A DNA stretch of 64,000 nt from an uncultured Candidatus Binatia bacterium (GCA_965200125.1 OZ241332.1:2627260-2691259); one strand, 5' to 3'. Shown: positions 9,123-18,967, numbered from the stretch's first letter. Numbers and translations: made by a program. The notes: a model not told the origin generated them from the letters alone.

Positions 9123-9395
9123 ATGAAGACCATCTGCTTTACGGTCATCCTCAGTATGTTGATCGGGCCTGCCGTTTCCCTCGGGCAGCCTGTGCGATCC
9201 CGTGAAGATCTGCTCTCCCGACTCAAACCTAGAAAGCAGGCACGGGAAGCGCGTGAGGGACACCTCGCCGAACTGCGAGCCCGGCGTCAGCAACAGGAAA
9301 CGCTCTCCGGCGACGATCTGCGCAATGCGTTAACGATCGGCGTTGCAGGAGGAGCGGCACACCGGATCGTCACCGGCCCTCGACGCAGCAAGTAG
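9123..9395 (+). CDS. Small hypothetical secreted protein
   Basis: GGAGGT RBS, TTGACA upstream (~9086), signal-peptide-like MKTICFTVILSMLIGPAVSLG, basic helical body. Confidence 0.55.
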   Translation: MKTICFTVILSMLIGPAVSLGQPVRSREDLLSRLKPRKQAREAREGHLAELRARRQQQETLSGDDLRNALTIGVAGGAAHRIVTGPRRSK

Positions 9396-9543
9396 CGATT
9401 CGAAAGGATTGATGGCGTCAACGCCGAGCAGGGCAAAGTGGCGGGGGTTGCGCCTCCGCATCATCAGATCCCAACCTCTCGGGCGCTGCAGTTACCAGCG
9501 ACGAGAGTTTCGCCTCGGATTCGCGCAACTGAACTTCGTGCAT
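9396..9543 (-). pseudogene. Internally deleted Phd/YefM antitoxin-PIN (VapC) toxin relic
   Basis: GGAGG plus ATG 9543 gives MHEVQLRESEAKLSSLVTAA (Phd-like N-terminus); ~30 nt later another frame reads RNPRHFALLGVDAINPFE (PIN-like C-terminus). Confidence 0.6.
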
Positions 9544-9665
9544 TCCGACCTCCGAAAAAACCATAGCGGTCAGTCTAGGCCACTATGGAGAACCGAACAA
9601 AGGTTTTGGGTTACTCCTGCGGCCAACCCGACCTACAGGATGAAGATACCGGGCGAGAACGATTC

Positions 9666-10103
9666 TTACGCGGCTTGGGCCGCAACGACGAGCCGCCGGC
9701 CGAGGACGTTCAGCGCAGCCTCGATGTGTCCGATATGCGAGTGATGGTCGAGGTCGAGCAGACGTTGAACGCTTCCTTCGCTCTTTCCGATCCGTTCGGC
9801 CAAAACAGCGATACTGACTTTCTGTTTCTGCATCGCTTGGTACAGGGCGAGCTTTGCGGCAACGAGCGCCGGAAGTCGGACGAGATGACGACCGCGGGCC
9901 GGTGAAGGACGCGGAATGGCGCGATGGTCGTTGACGTAGCCGCCGAGTGCGGCGATGAGGCAGTCCACCGACTCATGGAGCGCTTCAGCCTGGGTCGCGC
10001 CGTCGGTCAGGGCTTCAGGGATGTCGGGAAACGTGACGAGTACTCTCCCGTCCTCCTGCACCTGCGGTTGCATCGGATAGGTGAACTGCGGGGATTTGTC
10101 CAT
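9666..10103 (-). CDS. HicB-family antitoxin (orphan)
   Basis: YP...EDGRVLVTFPDIPEALTDGAT..EAL, IPRPS, C-terminal HTH (RLLDLDHHS); no hicA adjacent. Confidence 0.85.
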   Translation of the reverse strand: MDKSPQFTYPMQPQVQEDGRVLVTFPDIPEALTDGATQAEALHESVDCLIAALGGYVNDHRAIPRPSPARGRHLVRLPALVAAKLALYQAMQKQKVSIAVLAERIGKSEGSVQRLLDLDHHSHIGHIEAALNVLGRRLVVAAQAA

Positions 10104-10112
10104 CGGGCGAAT

Positions 10113-10901
10113 CTACTTTCCCCGGAACTGCGGGCGGCGCTTCTCCATGAAGGCGCGGACCCCTTCCCGGTAGTCGTCGCTGCCGAAGCAGCGCGCCGAC
10201 CATGCCTTCACGGCGTCCATGTCGCGGAGAGTGGCGGCTTTGACGCTTTCGCGGATGAAGAACTTGTGGGCCGCGACGCTCAGCGGGGCGTTGTCGGCCA
10301 GTTTGGCGGCGTAGTCGCGGGTGTAGGATTCCAACTCGGCCTTGGGTAGCACGCGGTTGACGAGGCCCATGTGGACCGCTTCTTCGGCGTCGTAGCGGCG
10401 CGCGGTCATCAGGATTTCCGTGGCGTTGGCGACGCCGACGACGTGGACGAGGCGCTCGACGCCACGCTCCAGCGCGTAGGCGATGCCCAGGCGTGCGGCC
10501 GGAATGCCGAAGCGCGCGTCGTCGGCACACAGCCGCAGGTCGCACGCCACGGCGACCGAGCAGCCGCCGCCCATGCAGAAGCCGTGGATCATGGCGATGA
10601 CCGGTTTCTCCAGACCGGCGATGGCGTGCAACGCGCCGTCCACCGCACGGTCGTAGGCGCGCGTGGTTTCCGCGCCGGAGCGGACTTGGCCGAACTGCGA
10701 GATGTCGGCGCCAGAGACGAACGCCTCCTCGCCTGCCCCCCGCAGGAGCAGGACGCGTAAGGCGTCGTCCTCGGCGACTTCGGCCACGAGTGCGGGCAGG
10801 CGTTCCCACATCTGGAGATCGACCGCGTTGCGCCGTTCGGGTTTGTTGAACACGATCCAGGCCAGCGGCGCCTGTTTCTCGAGCAGAAGCGTATCCGACA
10901 T
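10113..10901 (-). CDS. Enoyl-CoA hydratase/isomerase family protein
   Basis: NKPERRNA, AFVSGADI, GFCMGGG, ACDLR, EGVRAFMEKRRPQFRG. Confidence 0.93.
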   Translation of the reverse strand: MSDTLLLEKQAPLAWIVFNKPERRNAVDLQMWERLPALVAEVAEDDALRVLLLRGAGEEAFVSGADISQFGQVRSGAETTRAYDRAVDGALHAIAGLEKPVIAMIHGFCMGGGCSVAVACDLRLCADDARFGIPAARLGIAYALERGVERLVHVVGVANATEILMTARRYDAEEAVHMGLVNRVLPKAELESYTRDYAAKLADNAPLSVAAHKFFIRESVKAATLRDMDAVKAWSARCFGSDDYREGVRAFMEKRRPQFRGK

Positions 10902-11306
10902 GGTGGACTCCTATGCGTGAACGGGAGACGTCTCCCCCTGACAAGGGGGGCGCGGGGGGTTTTCATGTGTCTGACGTCGTTGGCTCCTGTGGATGAACGG
11001 GAGTGCTCGGAGGAGCGGCAACCATATCCGGCTCGTCCGGCGCTTGTCCATGAACGGCAGGAAGCGAGGGTGCATCGGTTCGAGATTTCGGAGGTGATTC
11101 TACGGGGCTTTAGGACTCGCTCCCCCTGAGCCTGTCGAAGGGGAGAGGGGATTCGGAAGGGGGGTGGAATACGACTGGCTTTGCCGGGGCGAGCAGTGTA
11201 CTATCCGCGCCGAACGTTTCCGTACGCGCCTCTCTATGAGGCCGATCGACATTGCAATCCGCAAACGACCGCAAGCGGCCCGCGACAGGCGGGATTGGGG
11301 GCGAAC

Positions 11307-12377
11307 ATGGCTGACGGATGGAACACCCAGGGCGGCTCGTCGCCGGGTGACGAACTCATGCGGGGGTTGGAGGACGTCAAGCGGACGATCCAACGCTTCA
11401 CCAAAGGGCTCGGCGTGTGGCTCATCGTGGGCGTGGTGGTGGTGCTGTGGCTGGGCACCGGGCTGTACGTGGTGGGGCCGAGCGAACGCGGCATCGTGCT
11501 GCGCTTCGGCGCGGTCGTGAACGAGACCGCGCCCGGGCTGCGCTTTCATCTCCCCTGGCCCATCGAAAAACACGTGGTGGTCGATATCGCCCGCGTGCGC
11601 AGCGCCCAGGTCGGGTATCGGCCGTCCAGCACCCAGGGCAGCGCCGCCGGCCGCGGCAACGCCCGCACGATCCCGCAGGAAGCCCTCATGCTGACCGGCG
11701 ACGAGAACATCGTCGAGGTCAACCTGGTCGTCCAATACCGCATCCAGGATCCGGTCAAATATCTGTTCAGCGCGTACGAGCCGGAACGCATGTTGCACTC
11801 GTCCGCGGAGGTCGCGCTGCGCAGCGCGGTGGGCGGCAACACGATCGACTACACCATGACGGACGGGCGACTGGACGTGCAGGAGCAGGCCAAGCACGCC
11901 TTGCAGAGCCTGCTCGACGTGTACCAGACGGGGCTGTTCGTGACCGAGGCGCGGCTGCTGGCCGTGGACCCGCCCAACGAGGTGCGCGACGCGTTCAACG
12001 ACGTGGTGCGTGCGCTCGAAGACCGCGACCGGCTCAAGCAGGAAGCCGAGGGCTATCAGGAAGACGTCGTGCCCAAGGCGCGCGGCGAGGCGGCCCAGAT
12101 GGTGCAGCAGGCCGAGGCGTACAAGGCGCAGCGCGTGATCCGCTCCCAAGGTGACGCCGATCGCTTTCTGCGCATTCTGGCCGAGTACGAAAAGGCCAAA
12201 TCCGTCACCCGCGACCGCCTGTATCTGGAGAGCATCGAACGCATCATGCCGAACATGGAAAAGATCATTCTCGATTCCGAGGACGGCGGCGGGGTCGTGC
12301 CCCTGCTGCCGCTCAAGGACTTGGGCGCCACGGGCACGGCCTCTGCGGCTGCGGCCGTGAGCCGGGAGGAGCAATAG
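11307..12377 (+). CDS. hflK: FtsH protease modulator HflK
   Basis: SPFH domain with N-terminal TM, GIVLRFG, MLTGDENIV, TRDRLYLE; upstream of hflC. Confidence 0.93.
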   Translation: MADGWNTQGGSSPGDELMRGLEDVKRTIQRFTKGLGVWLIVGVVVVLWLGTGLYVVGPSERGIVLRFGAVVNETAPGLRFHLPWPIEKHVVVDIARVRSAQVGYRPSSTQGSAAGRGNARTIPQEALMLTGDENIVEVNLVVQYRIQDPVKYLFSAYEPERMLHSSAEVALRSAVGGNTIDYTMTDGRLDVQEQAKHALQSLLDVYQTGLFVTEARLLAVDPPNEVRDAFNDVVRALEDRDRLKQEAEGYQEDVVPKARGEAAQMVQQAEAYKAQRVIRSQGDADRFLRILAEYEKAKSVTRDRLYLESIERIMPNMEKIILDSEDGGGVVPLLPLKDLGATGTASAAAAVSREEQ

Positions 12378-12379
12378 TC

Positions 12380-13231
12380 ATGCTGCGCATCATCATCGGG
12401 TTGGGGTTGGTACTGGTCTTCGTGGCGTCGCAGGCCGCGTTCACGATCGGCCAGTGGGAACAGGGCATGGTCGTGCAGTTCGGAAACCCGAAACGCATCA
12501 TTCAGGAGCCGGGGCTGTACTTCAAACTGCCCATGGCCCAGAACTTGGTGCGGTTCGAGCAGCGCGTGCTGACCACCGACGCGCGCGAGTCCGAGTACAT
12601 CACCCTGGACAAGAAGCGCGTGCTGGTCGATCACGTATCGCGCTGGCGCATCGCGGACCCGCTCGAATTCTACCGCAGCGTGCGCGACCGAATCCGGGCC
12701 ATGGCGCGCCTGGACGACATCATCTCCGCACGGCTGCGCCAGGAGATCGCGACGCATAACTTCCTCGATCTGATCCGTGCCAAGCGCGAAGACATCATGG
12801 CCATCGTGACCAAGGACACGCGCGAGACGAGCAAGACGTTCGGCATCGAGGTGCTGGACGTGCGGATCAAACGGCTCGACCTGCCGGAGGAAGTCCAGGC
12901 CAGCGTGTTCGCCCGGATGCGGGCGGAGCGCGAGCGGATCGCCAAACGCTACCGGGCCGAGGGAGAGGAACAGGCCCAACAGATCCGGGCCGGCGCCGAC
13001 CGCGAACGGGAGGTGATCCTGGCCACCGCGTACGAGACGAGCGAGAAGCTCAAGGGGGAAGGCGACGCCGAGGCGACGAACATCTACGCGCAGGCGTTCG
13101 GCAAGGACGCCGAGTTCTACGCGTTCACGCGCCGGCTGCAAGCCTACGAAAAGATCCTCGCCAGCGATACGACGTTGGTCCTCAAACCCGACTCGGAACT
13201 GCTCAACTATCTGCAGAGCCCGGGCAGGTGA
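12380..13231 (+). CDS. hflC: FtsH protease modulator HflC
   Basis: PGLYFKLP, VRIKRLDLP, RMRAERERIA, FYAFTRRLQAY. Confidence 0.94.
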   Translation: MLRIIIGLGLVLVFVASQAAFTIGQWEQGMVVQFGNPKRIIQEPGLYFKLPMAQNLVRFEQRVLTTDARESEYITLDKKRVLVDHVSRWRIADPLEFYRSVRDRIRAMARLDDIISARLRQEIATHNFLDLIRAKREDIMAIVTKDTRETSKTFGIEVLDVRIKRLDLPEEVQASVFARMRAERERIAKRYRAEGEEQAQQIRAGADREREVILATAYETSEKLKGEGDAEATNIYAQAFGKDAEFYAFTRRLQAYEKILASDTTLVLKPDSELLNYLQSPGR

Positions 13232-13333
13232 GCAGCGGGATTGAGAAAGGCGGGCACAGCATCAACAAATTAAGGGAATTCCATACGAGACGCTCAGGAA
13301 GGCATTTCTTACCCCGTCATACCTGTCTTCCCT

Positions 13334-13393
13334 CGTCATACCTGCGGAAGCAGGTATCCATGCCCCGGATTCCCCGCTTCCGCGGGAACGACG
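13334..13393. repeat. CGTC-tagged palindromic (REP-like) doublet
   Basis: CGTCATACCTGCGGAAGCAGGTATCCA...GGATTCCCCGCTTCCGCGGGAACGACG: two inverted hairpins with CGTC ends. Confidence 0.7.
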
Positions 13394-13443
13394 CCGGGTG
13401 AGGTGATGAACACGGAATCCCCGACGAGAACGAGGCGCTGCGT

Positions 13444-13698
13444 ATGCCGGGACTCGTCCGCCTGCTGCTGATTGCCGGGCTGGTGTACTTGGTCGTGGCG
13501 GGCATCCGCCGCCTCGCTTCGGTCGGACGGAACCCTTCCGGTTCGTCCGGCGGACCCGACGCCGACAACGTTCCCCTCGTCCAGGACCCGCACTGCGGCC
13601 GGTTCATTCCACAGACCGAGGCGCTGACCGCCTCGCGCCGCGGGCAGACGATCTATTTTTGCAGCCGTGAGTGTCGGATCGCCTACCGTGCGTCCTGA
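13444..13698 (+). CDS. Small membrane-anchored YHS/TRASH-domain protein
   Basis: N-terminal TM; DPHCG....YFCSRECR metal-binding motif. Confidence 0.8.
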   Translation: MPGLVRLLLIAGLVYLVVAGIRRLASVGRNPSGSSGGPDADNVPLVQDPHCGRFIPQTEALTASRRGQTIYFCSRECRIAYRAS

Positions 13699-13721
13699 CG
13701 GAAGGTCGCGGGAGGCACGGC

Positions 13722-14108
13722 CTGAGTTTCGTCGCCGTCGCGTTCAGCCTCTTCGTTGCCAGCCTCGGGACGTTAGGGGTATGCGCGCCTATGCGGCTCG
13801 TCACCCTCGCACGGCGGTTTCAAACCCCCTCCGGACTGTACGTCGCGGCGGCCTCGCGTGTGATTTTCGGCGCCGCCCTGTTTCTGGCCGCGCCGGAGTC
13901 GCGGGCGCCAATGGCGATCCGTGTCGCCAGCGTCGTCGTCTTCGTCGCGGGTCTCGCCCTGCCCTGGATCGGCCACGAACGGCTGCGGGGTTTGTTCGAC
14001 TGGTGGGCATCGAGCGGGGCGTACGCCATCCGCGCGCTCGGGGCCGTCGTTCTCGCAAGCGGCCTCGTCCTGCTCTACGCCCTTCTCCCGGCTCTGCGGT
14101 CCGGGTAA
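13722..14108 (+). CDS. Hypothetical membrane protein (about 4 TM); start uncertain
   Basis: Hydrophobic ORF (track start 13671); GGAGG at 13711-13715 precedes an in-frame CTG at 13722. Confidence 0.6.
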   Translation: MSFVAVAFSLFVASLGTLGVCAPMRLVTLARRFQTPSGLYVAAASRVIFGAALFLAAPESRAPMAIRVASVVVFVAGLALPWIGHERLRGLFDWWASSGAYAIRALGAVVLASGLVLLYALLPALRSG

Positions 14109-14124
14109 TCGCCTGACGCGCGGC

Positions 14125-15039
14125 CTAGCGGAACGCGGGAATGATTTCCTCTCCGATCAGGCGCGTGTTCTCGTCGATGTAGTCCGCGGGGCAGGCCGAC
14201 GGCAGGATCACGGTCTTGGCGCCGGCGTCGATGTATTCCCGGAGCCGTTTGCGGCACTCGTCCGGCGTGCCGGCCAACGCGTACTTGCCGATGAGTTTGG
14301 AGAAATCCTGAGCGTACTGTTTGCTGAGCTTCGCGTTGGCCATCTCCCGGCCCGTGGCGCCGTCCGCGTGGACCGCGGTGAAGATGAAGACCCCGGGGTT
14401 GAACGATTCCACGTCCCGACCATGCTCCTTGCGCAGACGGGTGATGGTCTCGATGCTCGTGTGGAGTTGGTCGGGCGTGTACATGTACGGTAGCCAGCCG
14501 TCGGCGTATTTGGCCGTGCGCCGCATGGCGGGTTCCTTGCGGCCGGCGACCCATATCGGCGGACGCGGCTTCTGGACGGGCGTCGGTTCGATACCCACCT
14601 CGTCGAGTGTCGTGTAGCGGCCCGTGAAGCTCACCCGCGGCTCGGTCCACAGGCGGTGGATGACTTCCAGAGCTTCGTTGGTACGCGAGCCGCGCTGATT
14701 CACCGGGACGCCGCAGGCCGCGAACTCCTTGGGAAACTCGCCACCGATGCCCACCCCGAAGTTGTAGCGGCCGTTCGAGGCCACATCGAGCGCGGCGCCC
14801 ATCTTGGCGACGAGCGCCGCGGGATACAGCGGCAGCAGCACGATCGAGCTGAGCAGCTTGATCTTCGTCGTCGCGCCCGCGGCCACCGCCAGCGAGATGA
14901 ACGTATTGCCCACCGGCCCGTGGAACATGACGTGTTCCCCGCAGCCGAGCAGGTCGAAGCCGAGGTCCTCGGCCCGTCGGGCGAACGCCTCGATGTCGTT
15001 CTGCCCCGGTAACGCCGTACCGAATTCAACCGTTGCCAT
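14125..15039 (-). CDS. LLM-class flavin-dependent oxidoreductase
   Basis: GEHV, LDVASNGRYNFGVGIG, PVQKPRPPIWVAG, DGWLP. Confidence 0.92.
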   Translation of the reverse strand: MATVEFGTALPGQNDIEAFARRAEDLGFDLLGCGEHVMFHGPVGNTFISLAVAAGATTKIKLLSSIVLLPLYPAALVAKMGAALDVASNGRYNFGVGIGGEFPKEFAACGVPVNQRGSRTNEALEVIHRLWTEPRVSFTGRYTTLDEVGIEPTPVQKPRPPIWVAGRKEPAMRRTAKYADGWLPYMYTPDQLHTSIETITRLRKEHGRDVESFNPGVFIFTAVHADGATGREMANAKLSKQYAQDFSKLIGKYALAGTPDECRKRLREYIDAGAKTVILPSACPADYIDENTRLIGEEIIPAFR

Positions 15040-15157
15040 ACGTCCCCCTCTTTCTTCCTTCTCTCTTTCCAGGTTTTCCGTCGCGTTCCACGCTATGCCA
15101 ATCCACCCCTGTAACTATGGCTCCGGAGCGGAATCGAGCCGGCGCTGCATTCCACAC

Positions 15158-15496
15158 CTATTCGTCCGGCTTTTCGTCCATACCCTGCCACGTCCCTTTT
15201 TCCCGCAAATCGCGGACGTCGTGCGCGGTCTGTTCCGTGCGGATACCCATCGCCCCGAGCAGTTCGCGGCTCATGTCCGCGGTGATCTGATCCTTGACAC
15301 TGCCACGACCGTGCGGGTCCGCGTTCATGAACGCTTCGATTTTCGTGCGCGGCAGGCCGGTCTCGATGAACAGGTCGAGAAACTGGAGCAGGCCGAGTTG
15401 GCCCTTATGCTCGGTGAAGATGTCGTGGAGCCGTCCGCAGTCCGTGCACAGCCGTTTGAGCCAGCCCGCGGACTTCCGACAATACTCGCAGCGCAT
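15158..15496 (-). CDS. Hypothetical protein with N-terminal zinc ribbon
   Basis: MRCEYC...LCTDC (two CxxC pairs) from ATG 15496; the upstream part of the track ORF crosses a repeat. Confidence 0.65.
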   Translation of the reverse strand: MRCEYCRKSAGWLKRLCTDCGRLHDIFTEHKGQLGLLQFLDLFIETGLPRTKIEAFMNADPHGRGSVKDQITADMSRELLGAMGIRTEQTAHDVRDLREKGTWQGMDEKPDE

Positions 15497-15616
15497 GGTC
15501 GCGAACCTAGCGGTTCGCCCCGGAATGGACAACGCCGCGGCACTCCAGGAGAGCGTCTCCGTTCGAACGTCCTTCTCTCGGCGAACGGTGGCCCGGCAAG
15601 GGAGCTTTTCACCTAC

Positions 15617-15652
15617 CCCCTCTCCCCAACCCTCTCCCACCAGGGGAGAGGG
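15617..15652. repeat. CCCTCTCCC...GGGAGAGGG palindromic repeat
   Basis: Same family at 16724-16756, 23763-23798, ~37725-37750 and 55108-55142. Confidence 0.75.
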
Positions 15653-15770
15653 AATTAGGAAAAGAGGGGTGACGATGATTGCAACCCGCGGCGTCCCGCG
15701 GCGCGTTCGGCTGGACACCCGTGGGCGCGCATTGTAAAGCTGGGACCATTCCAAGCCGGGAGGGGAAACC

Positions 15771-16688
15771 ATGAGCGTCATGCGGCTCGGTTACGTACAC
15801 GCGCGCGAGACGAACCTGGACAAGGCCGTCTCCTACTACACCGCCGTCCTGGGCCTGCAAGAGGTCGCCCGCCAGGACGGCCGGCACTATTTCAAGTGCT
15901 GGGACGAATACGACCACCACAGCCTGGTGGTCGAGAACGGCGGGGTCGGGCTCGTGAAGATGGGTTACAAGGTCGCCTCGGTGGACGAACTCACCGATAT
16001 CGAAAAGAACGCGGAACGGTTCGGCGTCAGCGTCGGTCGCGTGGCCGCGGGGGAGAATCTGGGCATCGGCCAGGCGGTGCGTTGTACGTTGCCGTCCGAG
16101 CACGTGTTGGAACTGTACGCCGAGGCCGAGCAGTCCGGCACCCAGGTCGGCGTGCTCAACCCCGACCCGTGGCCGAGCGAACGCCCCGCGGCCTGCATCG
16201 GTCCCGACCGGCTCGACCATCTGCTGCTCACTGCGGAAGACGTGCAGACCAACGTCGATTTCTTCACCCGCGTGCTGGGCTTTCGGATGAGCGAACGGAT
16301 CATTCCCGACCCCGACAACGAGGAATTGCTGGGCGCCTTCCTGTTCTGCTCCAACAAGGCGCACGACATCGCCTTCGTCAAAGGCCCCAATGGCAAGCTG
16401 CACCATTTCGCCTTCTGGCTGGACAGTTGGAACGACATTCTGCGCGCCGGCGACATCCTGGGCCGCAACGACGTGGACATCGACTTCGGGCCGGCGCGGC
16501 ACGGCATCACGCGCGGCACCACGATTTATTTCCTCGGCCCCAACGGGAACCGCAACGAAGTCTTCTCGGGCGGCTACATGACCTATGCCGACTTCCCGTG
16601 CATCACCTGGACCGCGGACCAGATCGGGCGGGCCATCTTCTCCATCCACCGCGAGGTCAACGACCGCTTCAACACGCACGTCACCTGA
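15771..16688 (+). CDS. xylE: Catechol 2,3-dioxygenase (extradiol)
   Basis: RLGYV, KCWDEYDHHS, LDHLLL, HDIAF, LHHFAF, RHGITRGTTIYF..PNGNRNEVF; His/His/Glu iron ligands present. Confidence 0.92.
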   Translation: MSVMRLGYVHARETNLDKAVSYYTAVLGLQEVARQDGRHYFKCWDEYDHHSLVVENGGVGLVKMGYKVASVDELTDIEKNAERFGVSVGRVAAGENLGIGQAVRCTLPSEHVLELYAEAEQSGTQVGVLNPDPWPSERPAACIGPDRLDHLLLTAEDVQTNVDFFTRVLGFRMSERIIPDPDNEELLGAFLFCSNKAHDIAFVKGPNGKLHHFAFWLDSWNDILRAGDILGRNDVDIDFGPARHGITRGTTIYFLGPNGNRNEVFSGGYMTYADFPCITWTADQIGRAIFSIHREVNDRFNTHVT

Positions 16689-16839
16689 ACCGAGGAGGCA
16701 TCCCGGTCCAAGACTCCCTTTTTCCCTCTCCCTCTGGGAGAGGGCCAGGGTGAGGGTTCTCAGACCACGGCATTGAATCAGCCTGGGAATTTTCAAAGTG
16801 AGAGACCCCTGAATCCCGATCCGAGACAAAGGAGAACGT

Positions 16840-17052
16840 ATGGTCGAGAAAACCATCGAACTGACCGGCATGTCGTCCACCAGCATCGAAGAGGCGGTCG
16901 CGCTGGCAGTGTCGCGCGCCGCGGTCACGGTCAGCGGGATTTACGACGTGCAGGTGTCGGACGTCAGGGCCGTTGTCGAGGACGGCGCCATCGCCCGCTG
17001 GAAAGTCAAGATCAAGGCGACGTTTCCGATCAAGGACAGCGTGCACGAATGA
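16840..17052 (+). CDS. Dodecin (flavin-binding) family protein
   Basis: 70 aa; KTIELTGMSSTSIEEAV..AV.RA...WKVKIKATF. Confidence 0.85.
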   Translation: MVEKTIELTGMSSTSIEEAVALAVSRAAVTVSGIYDVQVSDVRAVVEDGAIARWKVKIKATFPIKDSVHE

Positions 17053-18074
17053 AACCGACCCAAGCCGCCCAAAAAAACGGAGCCCCTGCCTCCGCGCCGC
17101 CGGCCAAGGTCCGCGAAGTCGCCGCGGGCGTCTATCAGGTCTTCCTGCCGTTGCCCATGCGGCCCAGCATCGTCAACGTCTATCTCGTCACCGACGGCGA
17201 CGAGTGGGCGTTGATCGATACCGGCATGCACACCCCGGACAGCATCGCCACGCTGACCGGTGCGTTGGACGAGGTCGGCTGCCCACGCGACGCGGTCCGC
17301 AAGCTCATCTCCACCCACCACCACGCCGACCACTTCGGCACCTCGCAGACCTACCAGGAGTTGACCGGCGCCGAGGTGTATCTGAACGAGATGGAGTTGG
17401 CGCGCGTCGAGCGCCTGCAATCCACCGAACGCTCGCCGGAGGCGTTCGCCTTCTTTCAGCAACACGGGATTCCGCTCGACTCGCCCGAACAGTTGCCGAC
17501 GCCGGGCAGTTTCTACGGATCGCGCTACAAGCCGGCCGTACCGGATCGTTTTCTGGCCGACGGCGAATCCGTCTTCGTCGGCACGCGCGAACTGCGCGTC
17601 GTGTGGACGCCCGGCCATACGCAAGGTCACTGTTGCCTGTACCTGCCGCAGGACAAGATCATGATCGTGGGCGATCACCTGCTGCCCAAGATCACGCCAC
17701 ACGTCGGGGTGTACCATGCCGGGCCGGACAATCCCCTGCAGGATTTTCTGGATTCCCAGGAGAAGATCCAGGATTTCGACGTGGCACTCGTGCTGCCCGC
17801 GCACGGCCGCATCTTCAGCGACCACCGGCACCGCGCCAAGCAGATCATCCAGCACCACGACTACCGTCTGAAAGAAATGCGCGACCTCCTGCATGACACC
17901 CCGCGGTCCGCGTACGAGGTCGCCGCGCAGGTCTTCGACCTGCAGAAAGCCGACCTGCCGATCTTCCACGTGTTCGCCGCGACGTTCGAGACGCTGGCGC
18001 ATATCCACCTGCTGATGTACGCGGGTACGGTGCGCCGGCTGGAAGACGACGCCGTGACCCGGTTCGTGGTCTGA
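17049..18074 (+). CDS. MBL-fold metallo-hydrolase
   Basis: LIDTG, THHHADHFG, TPGHT.GH, GDHLL, LPAHG; ATGA overlap with dodecin. Confidence 0.92.
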   Translation: MKPTQAAQKNGAPASAPPAKVREVAAGVYQVFLPLPMRPSIVNVYLVTDGDEWALIDTGMHTPDSIATLTGALDEVGCPRDAVRKLISTHHHADHFGTSQTYQELTGAEVYLNEMELARVERLQSTERSPEAFAFFQQHGIPLDSPEQLPTPGSFYGSRYKPAVPDRFLADGESVFVGTRELRVVWTPGHTQGHCCLYLPQDKIMIVGDHLLPKITPHVGVYHAGPDNPLQDFLDSQEKIQDFDVALVLPAHGRIFSDHRHRAKQIIQHHDYRLKEMRDLLHDTPRSAYEVAAQVFDLQKADLPIFHVFAATFETLAHIHLLMYAGTVRRLEDDAVTRFVV

Positions 18075-18090
18075 CCGGCTCGGAAGGGGG

Positions 18091-18117
18091 AGGGGCGAAA
18101 GATTTTTAGCCCCTACG
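18091..18117. repeat. GTAG-tagged REP hairpin
   Basis: Reverse complement CGTAGGGGCTAAAAATCTTTCGCCCCT; sister of the copy at 19052. Confidence 0.7.
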
Positions 18118-18169
18118 GTCCCCCCGTTTTTCGAAAAGGACGCACGCCGGAAGATTCAGTCGTGACGTC

Positions 18170-18967
18170 ATGCGTTACACGGTTTTCGACATCGAAACGC
18201 GCATAGACAAGGCGCTAGTACGTGCGGTCTTTTTTCCGCAGGACGAGGAGTTGTCGGACGAGGACGCCTACCAACAGAAACGGCAGCAACTCTTAGAGCG
18301 GCAGGGCAACGACTTCTTTCCGCTCGCCTTCCACGTCCCCGTCTCCATCGCCATCGGCCAAGTCGATGATGCCTGCGTCCTGACCGCGGTCGAGACGCTG
18401 ACGTCTGACGCCACAGACGGGGCTTCCAGCGAAGCCGGACCGCCCGACGTTGCATCTCCCGATGCCGAAGCTGCGATGGTGCGGACGTTCTGGGAACGCC
18501 TCGAACGCTTTCCGGGCACGCTGGTGAGCTTCAACGGACGCGGCTTCGACCTGCCCGTGCTGGAACTCCAGGCCCTCAAGCACGGGTGCAGCATCCCGCG
18601 TTATTTCCGTGGCCGGGCACGCTACCGCTACTCGGACGAGGGCCATTACGACCTGTACGACTTCCTGACCAACTACGGCGTCCACCGCCTGCAGGGCGGT
18701 TTCAATGCCTTGGCGAAGCTCATCGGCCTGCCCGGCAAGACGGGCATGGACGGCTCCAAGGTCCAGTACTACTGGGAAGCCGGCCGGCTGGACGACATTC
18801 ACCGCTACTGCCGCACCGACGTCGTGCAGACCTACTTTCTGTTCCTGCGCGTCGAACTCCTGCGCGGCCACGTCTCCCAAGAGCAATACGAAACCGCCGT
18901 CGCCGCCTCCGAACCATTCCTCCAAGACGACGACACCCCGTCAACCGAAGATCCCCCAGCGCCGTAG
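18170..18967 (+). CDS. PolB-like 3'-5' exonuclease family protein
   Basis: VFDIET (ExoI), SFNGRGFDLP (ExoII), YCRTDV (ExoIII), GLPGK. Confidence 0.88.
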   Translation: MRYTVFDIETRIDKALVRAVFFPQDEELSDEDAYQQKRQQLLERQGNDFFPLAFHVPVSIAIGQVDDACVLTAVETLTSDATDGASSEAGPPDVASPDAEAAMVRTFWERLERFPGTLVSFNGRGFDLPVLELQALKHGCSIPRYFRGRARYRYSDEGHYDLYDFLTNYGVHRLQGGFNALAKLIGLPGKTGMDGSKVQYYWEAGRLDDIHRYCRTDVVQTYFLFLRVELLRGHVSQEQYETAVAASEPFLQDDDTPSTEDPPAP

